Source: Lepidodermella squamata
Taxonomy: Eukaryota; Animalia; Gastrotricha
NCBI GenBank assembly: GCA_047495785.1
Contig: JBLDXI010000003.1
Coordinates: 2,294,001 to 2,358,000 of the forward strand
Reading direction: 5' to 3'
DNA length: 64,000 nucleotides
Under the pieces are notes generated by a model. The model worked only from the letters and a program-made list of their open reading frames with translations. It had not been told where the DNA came from and did no database searches. Each line of letters starts with the position of its first letter. Within the stretch, counting starts at the first letter, position 1. Made by a program: the position numbers and the translations under genes. Shown here one piece after another: positions 38,877 to 51,100 of the stretch.

Positions 38877-39799
38877 AAACTAAACTCGTAAACTAAAGAT
38901 TTTAGTTAAAATGATCTTTTTACCAAATTCCACTCGACAGGCGTTTTCGAGTCAGTCTCAGGCGATTCTTCAGCATATTCAATAACGGCAAGGTGGTTTA
39001 AGTGACCCAAAACACATTTCATAAGATTGCTGTTGATGTTCAGCGACATCTGAAGGTCCGCAAGTGTACCACTCGGATCTTCCATTTCTTTAATCTGAAA
39101 AGATTTCCTTTTAATCATTGATACTTTTGGTAAGAAAATTTACTTTGCAGTCAACTAGCCAAGCTTTTTGAAACAATATGGCCGCGTTCTTAAGGCCGGC
39201 CGACGCCAGAGGCTGGTTTCTGGCTTGCAGCCGTTCCAAAACCTTATCCACAATGGCTGGCTGAAGTCGGTAAGCTTTTTTAATCGACTTAGTTCGCTCA
39301 TCAACAAGCTTGGTTACTTCATTGTGCAATTCGGTGCGATTTTTCTCGATTTCCTGCCTCATCGCTTCGATTAGATTGTCGCAATGCGCGTTGATCTCGG
39401 CTGTAATCTTCGCTTTTTCCCCTCCGAGTTTGTCAAAAGCGGCTTTCATCTTGCTTTCACTAGAGTTTTGAGCGGAGTCGAACCGATCACGGAACTAGAG
39501 GATAAAACAAATTCTTGCATTTCGATTCGAAATTCGATGAAATTAAGTGCAGATAGCAGCATTTTTAGGGGGGAAAAGCCAATTTCAAAGGAAAATTTAG
39601 TATAATTTATAGTGCTTAATACAATGCAGAACTTGAGTGTTGGTCACGATCCACTTTAAAATCAACAGGCCTGGTTTAGGAGGTCACACCCGAAGTGCAT
39701 CGTACTAAAACGATATAGTCACGGGTGCTGCTATCTACGAGAATAAGAACCGAACAGGAAAGGAAAGCCATGAACTCGAAGTCGCGGCTATTTAGGTAA

Positions 39800-40900
39800 A
39801 TTTAAAATTCAGACATGCGAGTAACTTTTCACAACGCTGGATTGGTCAAATTCGATGAGCTCTATCACCCCTGGAAGTTATTTCAGACACCCATTTGCTA
39901 CCCGTTTCTTCAAAAAAATTAAGCAACTCTGCATTTCATCAACTGGGACGGGATGGAAGGCATGTAGCTGTAAAACCACTCCCGTTGACTCGAACTATGA
40001 ATCTCACAAGACTAAAACAGCCGATCGCTCTTCGGTACGCTGGGTCTTGTTTATTCGAATCTTTTTGCTTTTTACTTTTTGCGATTCAAGTCAACGCCTT
40101 GGAAGTGGTCCATACTTACTCTGCGATTGTTTTCTACGCCGACGATACCACGATCGATACCCGATAGATTCGGAAAGTCAATCGACTTGTGTAGTCAAAT
40201 ACAGGCGAATGACGCCCCTCTCGAGCCTTGGGATAAGCTGGAAATTCGTGGCTTCGTACTCGATAGAAAACCGTTATTCAAAGAACAGATCGAATCAATT
40301 CGCAATCGTGCATGCCGTGGCCTTTAAGCGTTGCAGCTTGCGGCGAAATACATGGACAGAAAAACCTCGGTCATAATGGACAATGGAGGCCGGACAAAGA
40401 TGGAAATGGTAACACCACTGGACTTATGCTTTTCAAAGCTCAAGTCGATTCCGGCTGATGAGCGCGATAACGTTTGGTCATCTCTTGCGGAATTTGTGGC
40501 ATCAAAATCGTTCAATTTCTTGAAATTTCAGCGGAATTTCAAAGTGACTTTTTATCTTCAACGAACTAAGGTAATCAAACTGAGCCCAAAGAGATTTTTC
40601 CGTCGAAAGGAAAAAAACTGATACAGATTCACTGGAGGCTTGGAAAGCCCTAGACCTCTCTCATGCTTTCGACGGCCGCTAAAAATGGCTCTTCTGCTTC
40701 TGTATAGCGTGCCATGCGTTAATTGTAAATTACCTGCGATTAATTGTTTTGTTTCTTGTTTTATTCTCACCGTATAGAAGTGATCGAGGCGGTGTTTGCT
40801 GAACAGCTGGACTAATTGGACATGAGCATTGCCGTCAACGCCGTCAATCGATGCACGGCCCGCGACGCCGCCAACGAAGATGGCACCCAGGGCGCTCAAC
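39800..40900 (+). mobile_element. Non-LTR (LINE) reverse transcriptase remnant
   Basis: FYADDTTI near 40135 and GFVLDRKPLFKEQIESIRNRA downstream, in broken frames. Boundaries approximate. Confidence 0.65.
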
Positions 40901-41278
40901 TGTTACGGGCCATTCGGGCTAAGGAGCTGATTGTTGTTAAACCGTCGGATGAAGACAATTCGAATAACGCCGAATAATACTTCAGCCAAGTGACTCATCT
41001 CTTCTGAACTTCCGAACTTCATCTCTTTTGAATCAAATCGAATCAAATATTATCTCTTATCTCGTGTGATTTTTTGGGATGGCGTTCGTTTTGTAGGCAA
41101 ATAACTGAGCTCAAAAAAGCTCTGCAGGCGTAGGCTAATATCATTCAATCATGAATCATGTGTTTTATTAATAATGGATTCAAAACATTTACTAATAAAT
41201 GTGTTATTTTAGCGCGCTATTTATTCAAAAGACGAAAGGGCGCGAACTAAATGCAAGAATCAGTTATCAACCTAACGG

Positions 41279-41722
41279 AACCTAGCAGCGTGGTTTCATC
41301 AGCACTAACTTCCACTTGTCCTGGAACTATCATCATTTGTTATGGAGGTCATGGGACGCACCCTACCTGCTCAGGTAAGCCACCTTACCTGAATTTTTCG
41401 ATCCACACCTGTCCAGGTGATGCTGATGAAAAAATAAAAAGCACCACCGTAATCAGAATCATTTGTTACGTTATATAACAAATTCTCACGCTTGTTATGC
41501 GCTGCTGTCAGATATAACAAATGGGGTCCCCAAATCGATGCACCCGTTTTACATGGTAAAAGCTGAACTTAGCCGCAAAAGTTGGCAGCACGCCAACGGA
41601 AGGTGATGCAAATGTAATTTTTGTTTCTACCAACTAGTATTGGTCCATAACAGTCCATAACAAATGATGATAGTTCCAGGACAAGTGGAAGTTAGTGCTG
41701 ATGAAAACACGCTGCCAGGTTC
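41279..41722. mobile_element. MITE with ~67-bp TIRs
   Basis: ACCTAGCAGCGTGGTTTCATCAGCACTAACTTCCACTTGTCCTGGAACTATCATCATTTGTTATGGA and its inverted copy at ~41654-41721. Confidence 0.75.
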
Positions 41723-41792
41723 AAAGCGGTAGTTATCAGCCACTAAACTACCTCTGAGCTGTTATCTGTCTGAGCTGCTCGCTAACTTAGCT

Positions 41793-42242
41793 ATGGAGTT
41801 CCCGGAGTATCATGACGACGATGGCGTGGACTTCTCTACGATGAAGAACAGTAAAACCGTGGCCAAAAGAAAGCCGGAACTTCTTCCTGGGGCCCAGGTA
41901 CTCTTTTGACATTGAAGACAAGATTGATAAGCTAATTTGTCAGGTATCGAATGGGGTGAGCCGGTGTTCATTGCCGAAAGTCTTAATGAGTTAGAAGACT
42001 TTCTGAAGCAGGAAGGACTGACGCGGAAGATGGAAGATGGTAGTTCTCATGTCGATAACGATTGTTGCCGTCACAGCAGCAGCTGGCGGAAGAGCGGCTC
42101 AGACCAGCATAGATTGGGTTACTGTAAATACGGTGGACGGGATGCGCCGCATCGTGATACGGATGGTTGCCCCAAAAAGTACTGTATCGCCAAGTTGCCT
42201 ACGCGTTCGTTTTGGCTACCAAAAGTTTGCCTACAAAAGTAA
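41793..42242 (+). mobile_element. Possible Mutator-type transposase N-terminal zinc-finger remnant (spliced)
   Basis: ATG exon, short GT-AG intron, then ...GYCKYGG...DGCPKKY, resembling WRKY/FAR1-like DNA-binding domains. No DDE core follows. Confidence 0.35.
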
Positions 42243-43972
42243 CTTATTTCGATTTTTTGTTACGATTCAATTTTTTGCAGCCTATTCGATACCTTCTTTT
42301 AACCTTCTTTTGACTTCATTATTACTTATTTGAAACTAATTGACGACTTTGAGCTGAAAAACCTGAATGACACAACTACAACAACAACAACAACTCAGTC
42401 TCAGAAAACCTGCAATAAGTAATAATGTGCTGGATAATGTCAGCAGGAGCAGGAGCAGCAGTACGAGAATAAGATTGTTAGCAACGAAAATAGTCGATCT
42501 ATCCTAACCTTTTTCCTTGGATGGCTACCTGGCAAACTGATGGCGAGGCCTTAATTAGGGGTTAATAGATGAAGTAATGAAAAATTAGTTGGAATAAAAT
42601 GCATCAGGCATTCGCTCGCAAATTCGTGCACAATGCAAAATCCTTAGGCTAATACATCAATCCCACGGTTACCTGTGTTGGGAATTGGGCATGCTCAGCA
42701 GGACGGGATCGTCTAGCTGTAACTTGGAGTAACAACTCATTACTCATTACCCCAGGAAACCCGTGTGGTAAAAATTTCATATGGTCGATTCGAGGCCAAC
42801 TCGACTCGAATGGTCGGGCTCGATCGCAAGACTAACAACAAACAGCAAACAGCAAGACTAAAAAAGCATTTAGTTAAGCCTAGGTTTTGATCAAAATTCT
42901 GCGAATTCGGTGCAAAATAAATAAATCTCACGTTGGTGGCAATCCAATTGCTTTCCAGCCTCAGCCGTTCCGCATGAGCAAACGAGCACGAATTGCAGAA
43001 TCGCCTGGCGCAATGCGATCATTTCTTACCAGTATCAGCTTCCAAGTGGGGGCAGCGATCGCCCAACACCGCTATAACATTATTATCTGCTTTCAACATA
43101 GGTCGAGCGGCTTCGATCGCCTTCGCAAGTGCGAGGTTGCCACGTAATCCTGTAAGCAATTAGCTTTTAGTAAAACTTAGCTTTTGAAGCACTGAAATTT
43201 AGGTTCCAGCGCTTAACTTGAGCTTTTCAGATGTTGAGATTCATTATTTTCGATTTTTCATCATTTTAGATCGACAACAGTCGGGATCAATGGTTTGGGA
43301 ACGATATTGAATGAATTATAAGATTTAAAAGAGAACTAGGAACTCAAGCAACTATATTTCAGGGAAATTTAGTTTCGGAACCTTAAATCCACAGCGCAAA
43401 CTCATGAATTTTATTATCTACTCATAAAAATATACCTTTTACGGCTGAATCTTTGATAGTAACCAAATTACTTGGCTTGCCACAAATCAAGCAATTTATT
43501 TCGAAAGTAGAACATGACGGTTGGATTTGTTTTGGGATACAATTTTGACAAATCGTATGACCGCATGCTTGAAAGAAGACTGGAGCGGAGTCTGATGCGC
43601 AGCCACCGTCGCTTGAAATGAAGCTTCTCTTGCAAATGTCGCACCTCAGAGCCTGTTCAACAAAAGTTAAATTAGATGCTTAACTGGAAATTCGGAAGAT
43701 GAAATCACTCACATCTACTAAAGTACCATCGATAACGATGTGTGTGTCTATTCTCCGCCGCTTTTCCAATGAACAGCAGCAGATATTTTCAGATTTTACG
43801 CAATCCATTATTTTCGAACAGAAAGGACAGGATAAAAATTACGAAACAAGCTAAATCGAAGACAAATGTAAATAGAATGAAGCGCCTATGAAACTAGGAA
43901 GTCCCTTCTGTTTATGTAAGAGTAGAACTTGTAATATTTTGATATTGTTCTCGTTATCGTGATACGCTTCTA

Positions 43973-44760
43973 TTGCGTAGTTGTAGCTTCAAAGAGCTGA
44001 TCAAATTCGATGTTATCGAAAGTCCCCATTACAACGTTATTCTCGGCATGCCTTGGCTGAAACTTCACAACCCGTACATCAACTGGGACGAGAACACTAG
44101 TAATCACACGTCGAATTACTGCAAACATCACGGCCAAGAAAATACGGCTGCAGGCCGGTAACTCGTGGGGAGCATTTTCGAAGAAGATCCGCAGAGGACT
44201 GGAAACGCACCTGCTGCCCAGCATTTGTCCAAGAAATACCGCGAATTCAGTGTTTGGCATGCTGGCCTGATCCACAAACTATTACAACTGCCCCTGCCCC
44301 GTAACCTCGCCGGCTGGATTGTCGACAACCTCCGTGACCGAAAACTGCAGGCCCGTAAGCCTGGTCACTCTAGCAGGATCGCCACCATCAACTGCTGCGT
44401 GCCCCATCACAAATCTCCGCTCTCCCCCAGCTGTACATAGTCTACACAGCTGATGACCTACAATGCTGAGCCATCGCGCAACCGCATCACGGTGGCATAT
44501 GCCGATGACCTCACCATTAGTGCTACCGGCAAACATTTCCAACCCACCCAAGAAGCAGCTCAATCTGAAATACCACCTGGGCCCGCGACTGGCGCCGTAA
44601 ATTCAATGTAAGCAAAAGTGAATATATGGCATTCGGCCCGGTGCAAACCCAACTCAACTTATCCGTCAACGGAACCGTGGTTCCCCAGGTCACCTCCGCC
44701 CGCATCCTGGGCATTCATTTCGACCCGCGACTAACGTAGCAGACCCACATCGATCAATCA
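43973..44760 (+). mobile_element. Chimeric remnant: Ty3/gypsy protease fragment abutting a LINE reverse transcriptase fragment
   Basis: YNVILGMPWLKLHNPYINW (retropepsin C-terminal motif), followed by VWHAGLIHKL..SPLSP..AYADDLTI..ILGIHFDPRL. Confidence 0.75.
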
Positions 44761-44863
44761 CTACGCCTCTCGGAACACGCCATTTTCCCGCCGATTAGCG
44801 GTATAAATTATCGTTCACTCAAATATGCACTATGATCAAGCAGTTTGCCCAATATTTTACCAC

Positions 44864-45300
44864 TTTAGCGCTAACAGTTTATTTCCGACGTTTCGATTTC
44901 TAACAGAAATCATCTTCAGGGAGATGAAGTTGAATAGTTTAGGCGTAAAAACAAAATTAAAATCTTAAGGCGGATATTTTAAATTGATTATGAGAAACTG
45001 AAAAACGAGCTAATTCGGCTAATTTCTCTGCTTGATTGTCCGCTTGCATTTTTCATGAAAAATGGGCTCTGTAAACAGCTTGGCCTTGATGGAATCCGTT
45101 TGCTTATTCATATTAGGCTTAATCTTCCTAATTGCCAACATTTCTAAGATCAGGCAATCCCATTTGTTTCGTCCTTTCCCATTAAAATATCCGCCTTAAG
45201 ATTTTAATTTTGTTTTTACGCCTAAACTATTCAACTTCATCTCCCTGAAGATGATTTCTGTTAGAAATCGAAACGTCGGAAATAAACTGTTAGCGCTAAA
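44864..45300. repeat. Perfect 119-bp inverted repeat with 199-bp spacer
   Basis: 44864-44982 is the reverse complement of 45182-45300. No TSD seen. Confidence 0.9.
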
Positions 45301-45380
45301 TTTCATCAACCGTTTGTATTCCAAAAAACTGGTTATCAAATATTTTACCACGTGACAAATATACGATCCTACAAATATAC

Positions 45381-45678
45381 GGCTGCATTGCGGCTTTCTA
45401 CGACGATGCATTCATTCACGCTATGAAACACTATAATAGATATAACAGTTTGAATAGAAGGCGTCTTTGCCTAAAACGTACATATGAAAACAAACTGCGA
45501 CTTCAAAAATCCCTATGTACGTTTTAGGCAAAGACGCCTTCTATTCAAACTGTTATATCTATTATAGTGTTTCATAGCGTGAATGAATGCATCGCCTCCC
45601 AAATGAAGACGCAGGCTACCTAGCAATGTGTCTTCTCCCTGTCAGAGGCCAGACGTCGTAGAAAGCCGCAATGCAGCC
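45381..45678. repeat. Nested inverted repeat: 81-bp perfect hairpin (29-nt loop) plus outer 25-bp pair
   Basis: 45404-45484 pairs with 45514-45594; 45381-45405 pairs with 45654-45678. Confidence 0.9.
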
Positions 45679-45756
45679 CTCGAAGTATTAAAAGAACTTA
45701 CAATGCAAATACAAGTAGGCCCAAACTTTTGGATTACTTTATTTCATTTTAGGAGC

Positions 45757-47219
45757 ATGGCAGAGTTATTTTATGGCCGCATATTTTCAATTTTATTATT
45801 AGCGAGTTCGGTTGTCGCAGATAACAACTGTGGCACACCACCAATCATTCCAAATGGACGAGGCTATTCGGACACAGCGAAATGTGTGTCACGCAATGGC
45901 TATTCGAACACATTGTGTGCGCGCTTTTCGCTATTTGAACACACTGTGTATGCGTGATTGGCTACTTGAACACAGCGGTGTGTGCGCGGAAGTGGCTATT
46001 CGAACACACTCCTCGAAGTCGAGGAATAACGGTAATATGCTAGCGAGAAGACGGTAATTAACCGGATTTAAGACGGATTTAGCGTTTTTAGCATAATTTC
46101 AAAGACTATCCCTGCTAGTGTCATGTATTCTCGATTTTAAACCTATCCTCACCGCCCGCGCCTCCAATGGCGGGTCTCACCTCGCCGCGCGCTTCCAAGA
46201 CCGCCGGCAAGCCAAATTGAAATAAAACCGAAAGCTGACGTCCGGCGGAGACAAGTTCGAGCTATAAAATCGCTAATTATCAGTTGCAATCACGCCGCAC
46301 AGCTGCTTTTTATCGAAATTTCGGCCAGACTCGATGGCCGCGACCCAAAATCAAAGAGAGCGGCCTTTATTGCTTTATTGCTGCAACGCCTTTATTGCTG
46401 ATGCTGATGCGCGCTCGAATTTTGGACCGGGTATTTTCCCGTTATGCTGGTATTTCGAATTTTCGCAGTTTTAGCATTTTCCGGACTAACAAAAAGTTGT
46501 TAAAATCCGGATTTCGGTGATTAGCAGGTGACTTAGGATGCTGTGTTCAAATAGCCGAATGCGCGCACACACCACTTCACGCCCACTTGTGTTCGAGTAG
46601 CCAGTCACGCACACACACTGTGTTCGAATAGCCATTGCGTGACACACAATTTTGTGTCCGAATAGCCACATCCATTCCAAATTCTGACTCGTCATACCAA
46701 GTGAATTCTACTTCGATCTTAACATTTTCGTGTAAAAGTGGCTATAAGTTAGTCCCATCATGGCACGATACGACTATTTGCCTTAAAAGCGGCTGGTCAT
46801 CGCTGCCGAATTGTGCCCCGGTTGATGAGGCGCCAACTTGCGGCCAACCTTCGAAAATCAAAAATGCGAGACTTATCATATCTCAATTATCCACTAATAA
46901 CACAGCAATAGCCGGCGATTTCATCGTCTATGAATGTGATAATCGTTACCAGCTAGCAGTCGGAAGTAATCCTGTTGTTAAATGCAAATTAGATGGCACT
47001 TGGAGTGATTTGCCGCTATGTATACAATCAATCATCTGTGAGATCGAATCGACTTATCAGTACGATAACTACGCCTGGGCAGTTCCATGGGGCATCGCAA
47101 TGTCCGTTTTCGTCTTCGTCTCGCTGGTCGTCATCATTGTATTGGCTGTCTTACTATACCGGGCGAAACGGAATAGTTCGAATGAGCACCACGTTATGCA
47201 GGGATTGCGCTCGAGTTGA
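45757..47219 (+). pseudogene. Type I membrane protein (signal peptide, 2 Sushi/CCP domains, TM helix, short tail) interrupted by a MITE
   Basis: Removing 45856-46673 plus one TSD copy gives an open frame MAELFYGRIFSILLLASSVVADNNCGTPPIIPN|SDSSYQ..TFSCKSGY..C..GWSSLPNC..CGQP..YECDNRY..CKLDGTWSDLPLC..TM..YRAKRN. Confidence 0.85.
45856..46673. mobile_element. Mutator (MULE)-type non-autonomous element
   Basis: 9-bp TSD ATTCCAAAT (45847-45855 and 46674-46682). Termini GG...CC. TIRs built of GGCTATTCGAACAC subrepeats. Confidence 0.9.
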
Positions 47220-48161
47220 AATAATCCAGCGCAAGTATAATATCGAAAATATTACCCGGTCTTCACAGTATCCAGCGCTCGACAGAACCGCTGTGGCGGT
47301 GACACCTTTAATAAATAGCACGTGTCACGCCACGAATTGTTATTTCTGTCTGGCGCGTGCCAGCAATAGCCGCGCCAGAAACCTGATGCCATTCCGCCTA
47401 TAAAAAGGCCTAATTTGATACTCTTAAATCATCTACCGTTTCGGTGATCATAAAGTAGCTTAGCTTTAGCCATAATAAAATGCCTTAGTTTCGTACCTTC
47501 CGAAGTGTGTTTTTGCCCAATCGTCCTAACATCAAACAAGTCGGGTCGTCGGTCATGATCCCGTGATCGCGAGAACCCGTCACCGTTACAACCGCCATTT
47601 ATTATTGCATGCAATTATCAAGCGCCTATTTATCAAAGAAATTTCAGGTATCTTACTTTAGGGGGAACAAAATGTGGAATAATGTGGAAAGTTTTTCATT
47701 TCGAAATTTCCGCAAAATTTGTGATTGAAATAAATTGTAATACATTTTTGACGTATCTCTTTAGCAGTTTTGTACCCGACATGTTAACGATTCTAAAATT
47801 TCTATGCTGATGTTTTTTGGAAAAACAGCAAACGCGACAAAACAGCGAAAAACTGGTTATATTCGGGTTGATTAAATAAAAAAATCTGACCAGTTTTGCC
47901 CGTAACGCCGGCCAAAAGTTGTGCATCTGTTGCGCATAACTTCACAGAAAACAGATTTTCAAGTAGGTAATATTAAACTGGAGGTTTCGTAGTCCAAAAC
48001 ACCATAGAATCAAATTATATAAGTAATTCAGTCTAAAAACAAAAAATAATAAAATAAATAAGCTTATATTAGCGATCAATTTTTTCAAATGGCAGGCAAT
48101 CCTGTTTATTGGGCTAATCAAGAAGATAACAAATAACATATTATTAAAATGAGATATTATG

Positions 48162-51100
48162 TCAAAATTTATTCCGCTGTCCAGCGGTGTGATAAACCAG
48201 TGTTTGAATAACGTCCATGTGATGCGGATTCTTGGCGATCTCCGCCATCGGTGTAAGATTTTGTTTGTTCCGCTTCAAGGTTAAGTCAGGACAAGTGGAA
48301 CACAAATAATCGGCGATTGCAGCGTTTTTAACTCGGAAAAGCAACGATTCATTGTCGTCACCAACTTCCGCCGGTTTGAAGCCGTGCTCTTCGATCAGCA
48401 TTTTCACAAGTTCCAAAGAGTTGGTTCTAGCAGCCAAGTGTAATGCGTTTTCTTTGTCTATCCAAAGGGCCTTTAAATTACAACCCTTTTGTATGAAAAA
48501 TTTAGCTGCTTCGAAATTGCCCAAACAGCAAGCTTGGAGAAAGGGCGTCAAGTCATCATCTCCCTCGACATCTATGAAATCCGGGATGACTTCGGAAAGA
48601 ATTTCAAGTACCTCCAAATCTTCATGCCTCTCGCATCGGAAATAGTGGAATAATGTCTCATCGTCGTGCAAGACACGGCAATCAGCGCCCTTCTGGATCA
48701 AATACCGGACAATATCGGCTTTTGCGAGCCGAACAGCTTTCATAATCGGAGTTTTATCACCTTTGCCTCGCGAATTCACGTCGATTTTCACAGTTTCGCA
48801 CAAGTATTTCACGACCTCGAGGCTTCCATAGCAAGCATGTTGAAGCAATATATTTTCAACTCCTTTCATCAAACCTGGATACGATTTGGTCAGATATTCA
48901 ACCACCTCGAGATTTCCACCCCTAACGGCAGCAATAAGAGGATTGAAACAGGCTTTTCTAATGCTTTGGAAAGGAAGATACGAAGCTGGCATTTCCGATC
49001 CAGTTATCGAAACCAACAGTTTGAGAATATCAAGGTGGCCGTGAAAAGAAGCTGAGCATAGGGAAGTTTGCTCTTCGACAGGGTTCACGTGATTAGCTAT
49101 CAATTCGGTACATCCAGCCGGTAGTTTTTCGTTGAACAAAATCTTCTCAACAGTTTTCGATTGACCTTGAGCGATTGCGCCGAAGAATTTGTTGAATTCA
49201 TGGGGTAAGCCATCGAATGACTAAGAAATAACATATTAACAATAAAAAAATTTCTCATTCAAAGTTAAATGATTTTGATCATTTTAGGACGAATTCGGAA
49301 TTCAGATTTTCAGATGGACGCTGAGGAATATAGTGGGGTGTACTTTTTCCCGCAATTATGTTTTCATTTCATCAGATCATGGAAATAACATTTTTGTATT
49401 ATGCGGCAAATGCGACTGCAATCTATTATATTATAGGATTCAGTTCTGATATCAACATTTGGAAATCGAATGGCAGAGCGATGGTAGGCTTTCATAAGCA
49501 AATACATGAAGCTTGCTCTTTTAGGCAATCCCCAACTAACGAAGAAACTAGATAACAAGAAGCATGACGAAGTGACGAAGATCAACGGTAGTTTCCCAGT
49601 ACAGTACGCCTACGATAGAGGCACCCTTGTACCTTGTATTAACCTTGTACCTTGTATTAACCTAGTTCTACGGTAGAACTACGGTAAAGCCCTACGATAC
49701 GGTAGTTTTCCGTAACAACAATATGTGGCTATAATCACTACAATTAATTGACCGACAATAATCACTGACGCCGTCCAATTAGCTGCTACCACCAACACAT
49801 TCAACGTCAAAAATGGAGCCCTGGATATCGAACACATTGAAGATCTCAAATCAACCAAAAGTGGGCTAGACATCAATTTTTTTTTCCAGTCCCCCTTTCG
49901 CTCATGGGCAACTATACGTTGGACTTCCCAGGGCCGCGGATTGCTGCAATGTCAAAGTTATGGCGTCAAGCGACTATATTATCAATGATAAATATTACAC
50001 AAAAAACATTGTAACACAAAAAGAGGTTTTGTAAACCACTTGCTTTTTGAACTGTTCACGTTTTCTGGAGCTAGCTGAATAAATTACAGTTTCGCGGCAT
50101 CACAAATATCGTTCACTGAATGCTGTGGAAACGACTCAATTTCCTTCCAAATAATCTGGCGATTTCTGCGGAATTTCTTATAACTACTGAATTCACGTCC
50201 GAGAGGTAGCTTTTTTCGGACCGCTTTTAACCACTCGAGCTGGCGGCGGCATCGCGAAATTTTAATGCGATTACTGTCGATTTCTGTTCGAAAAATTCGC
50301 CAGCGACGAAGCCGATTACCCTCAGTTTTGGAATCGGCTGAACAAATTCAGTCTTTACGACGCAGTGCTGTTGATCGGACGGGCGTTTGAATTATTTCGG
50401 CAGTCGAATACCAGTCGCAAATGCTGAGATAAGACCCTAGGCGAAGCTTCACCTCCCGGTTATTTCGGCGATGCAACGCAGGCTGAGAACACCAACTTCT
50501 GACAACGATGCTGCGACCAAGGCATGGCTTAATGCTGATGTTGAGATGACACTCGATGATTGCCTGGACGACGTAGAAACTGTTCAAGTCGTGGCTGAAA
50601 CTGTTCAAAGCGAGAATCGTTATCAGGGCCAACGCGAAGCCGCAGCCGTGGAAACAATTGAACCACAAAGCCACGAAGAAGCGATTTCTGCAGATGAGAT
50701 ATTTCTACAATTTTTCGCCAATTCCAAATCACCAAACCAGCAATCGGCGCAACTCATCGCACAGAACATTAAGGGCAAACCCTAGCGAAAAAAGACATTG
50801 CATGGCCATGCGTTGGCAACACAAGCCAACGTTCCATGCAACGGCAACGCATGTCAATGTGATGTCAATGCATGTCAACGGACATTTGACAATGCAACCA
50901 AGATGCGTTGGCATGCATTTTCGATGCATCGACCACGCATTTTCAACACAACGGCAATGCATGGCCATGAAAATGTGTTGTAAAATTGTAAAAATTCTGA
51001 ACAGGCAGCCTGACTTTAGCCGGCCATTCAGCCGTCCTGGGGTATTTTTGTTTATATAAATGTGCATGTAGTTATTTGCAAAACCACGCGATTTGTTCGC

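Larger units (their letters stand above)
35793..43808 (-). pseudogene. TRIM-like RING / B-box / coiled-coil / ankyrin gene, copy D (single in-frame TGA in the B-box exon)
   Basis: Exons 43808-43713, 43652-43436 (C3HC4 RING CDIC..CGHTICQNC..CLIC), 43149-42932 (B-box, TGA at 43021-43019 replacing a Cys), 39494-39144, 39094-38924 and 36875-35793 (ankyrin repeats). All junctions are GT-AG and in phase. Confidence 0.85.

Noticed and set aside
45860-46010. CRISPR-like spaced repeats (GGCTATTCGAACAC)
   Set aside because: These are subterminal repeats of a MULE TIR, mirrored at the other end. Eukaryotic context and no cas genes.
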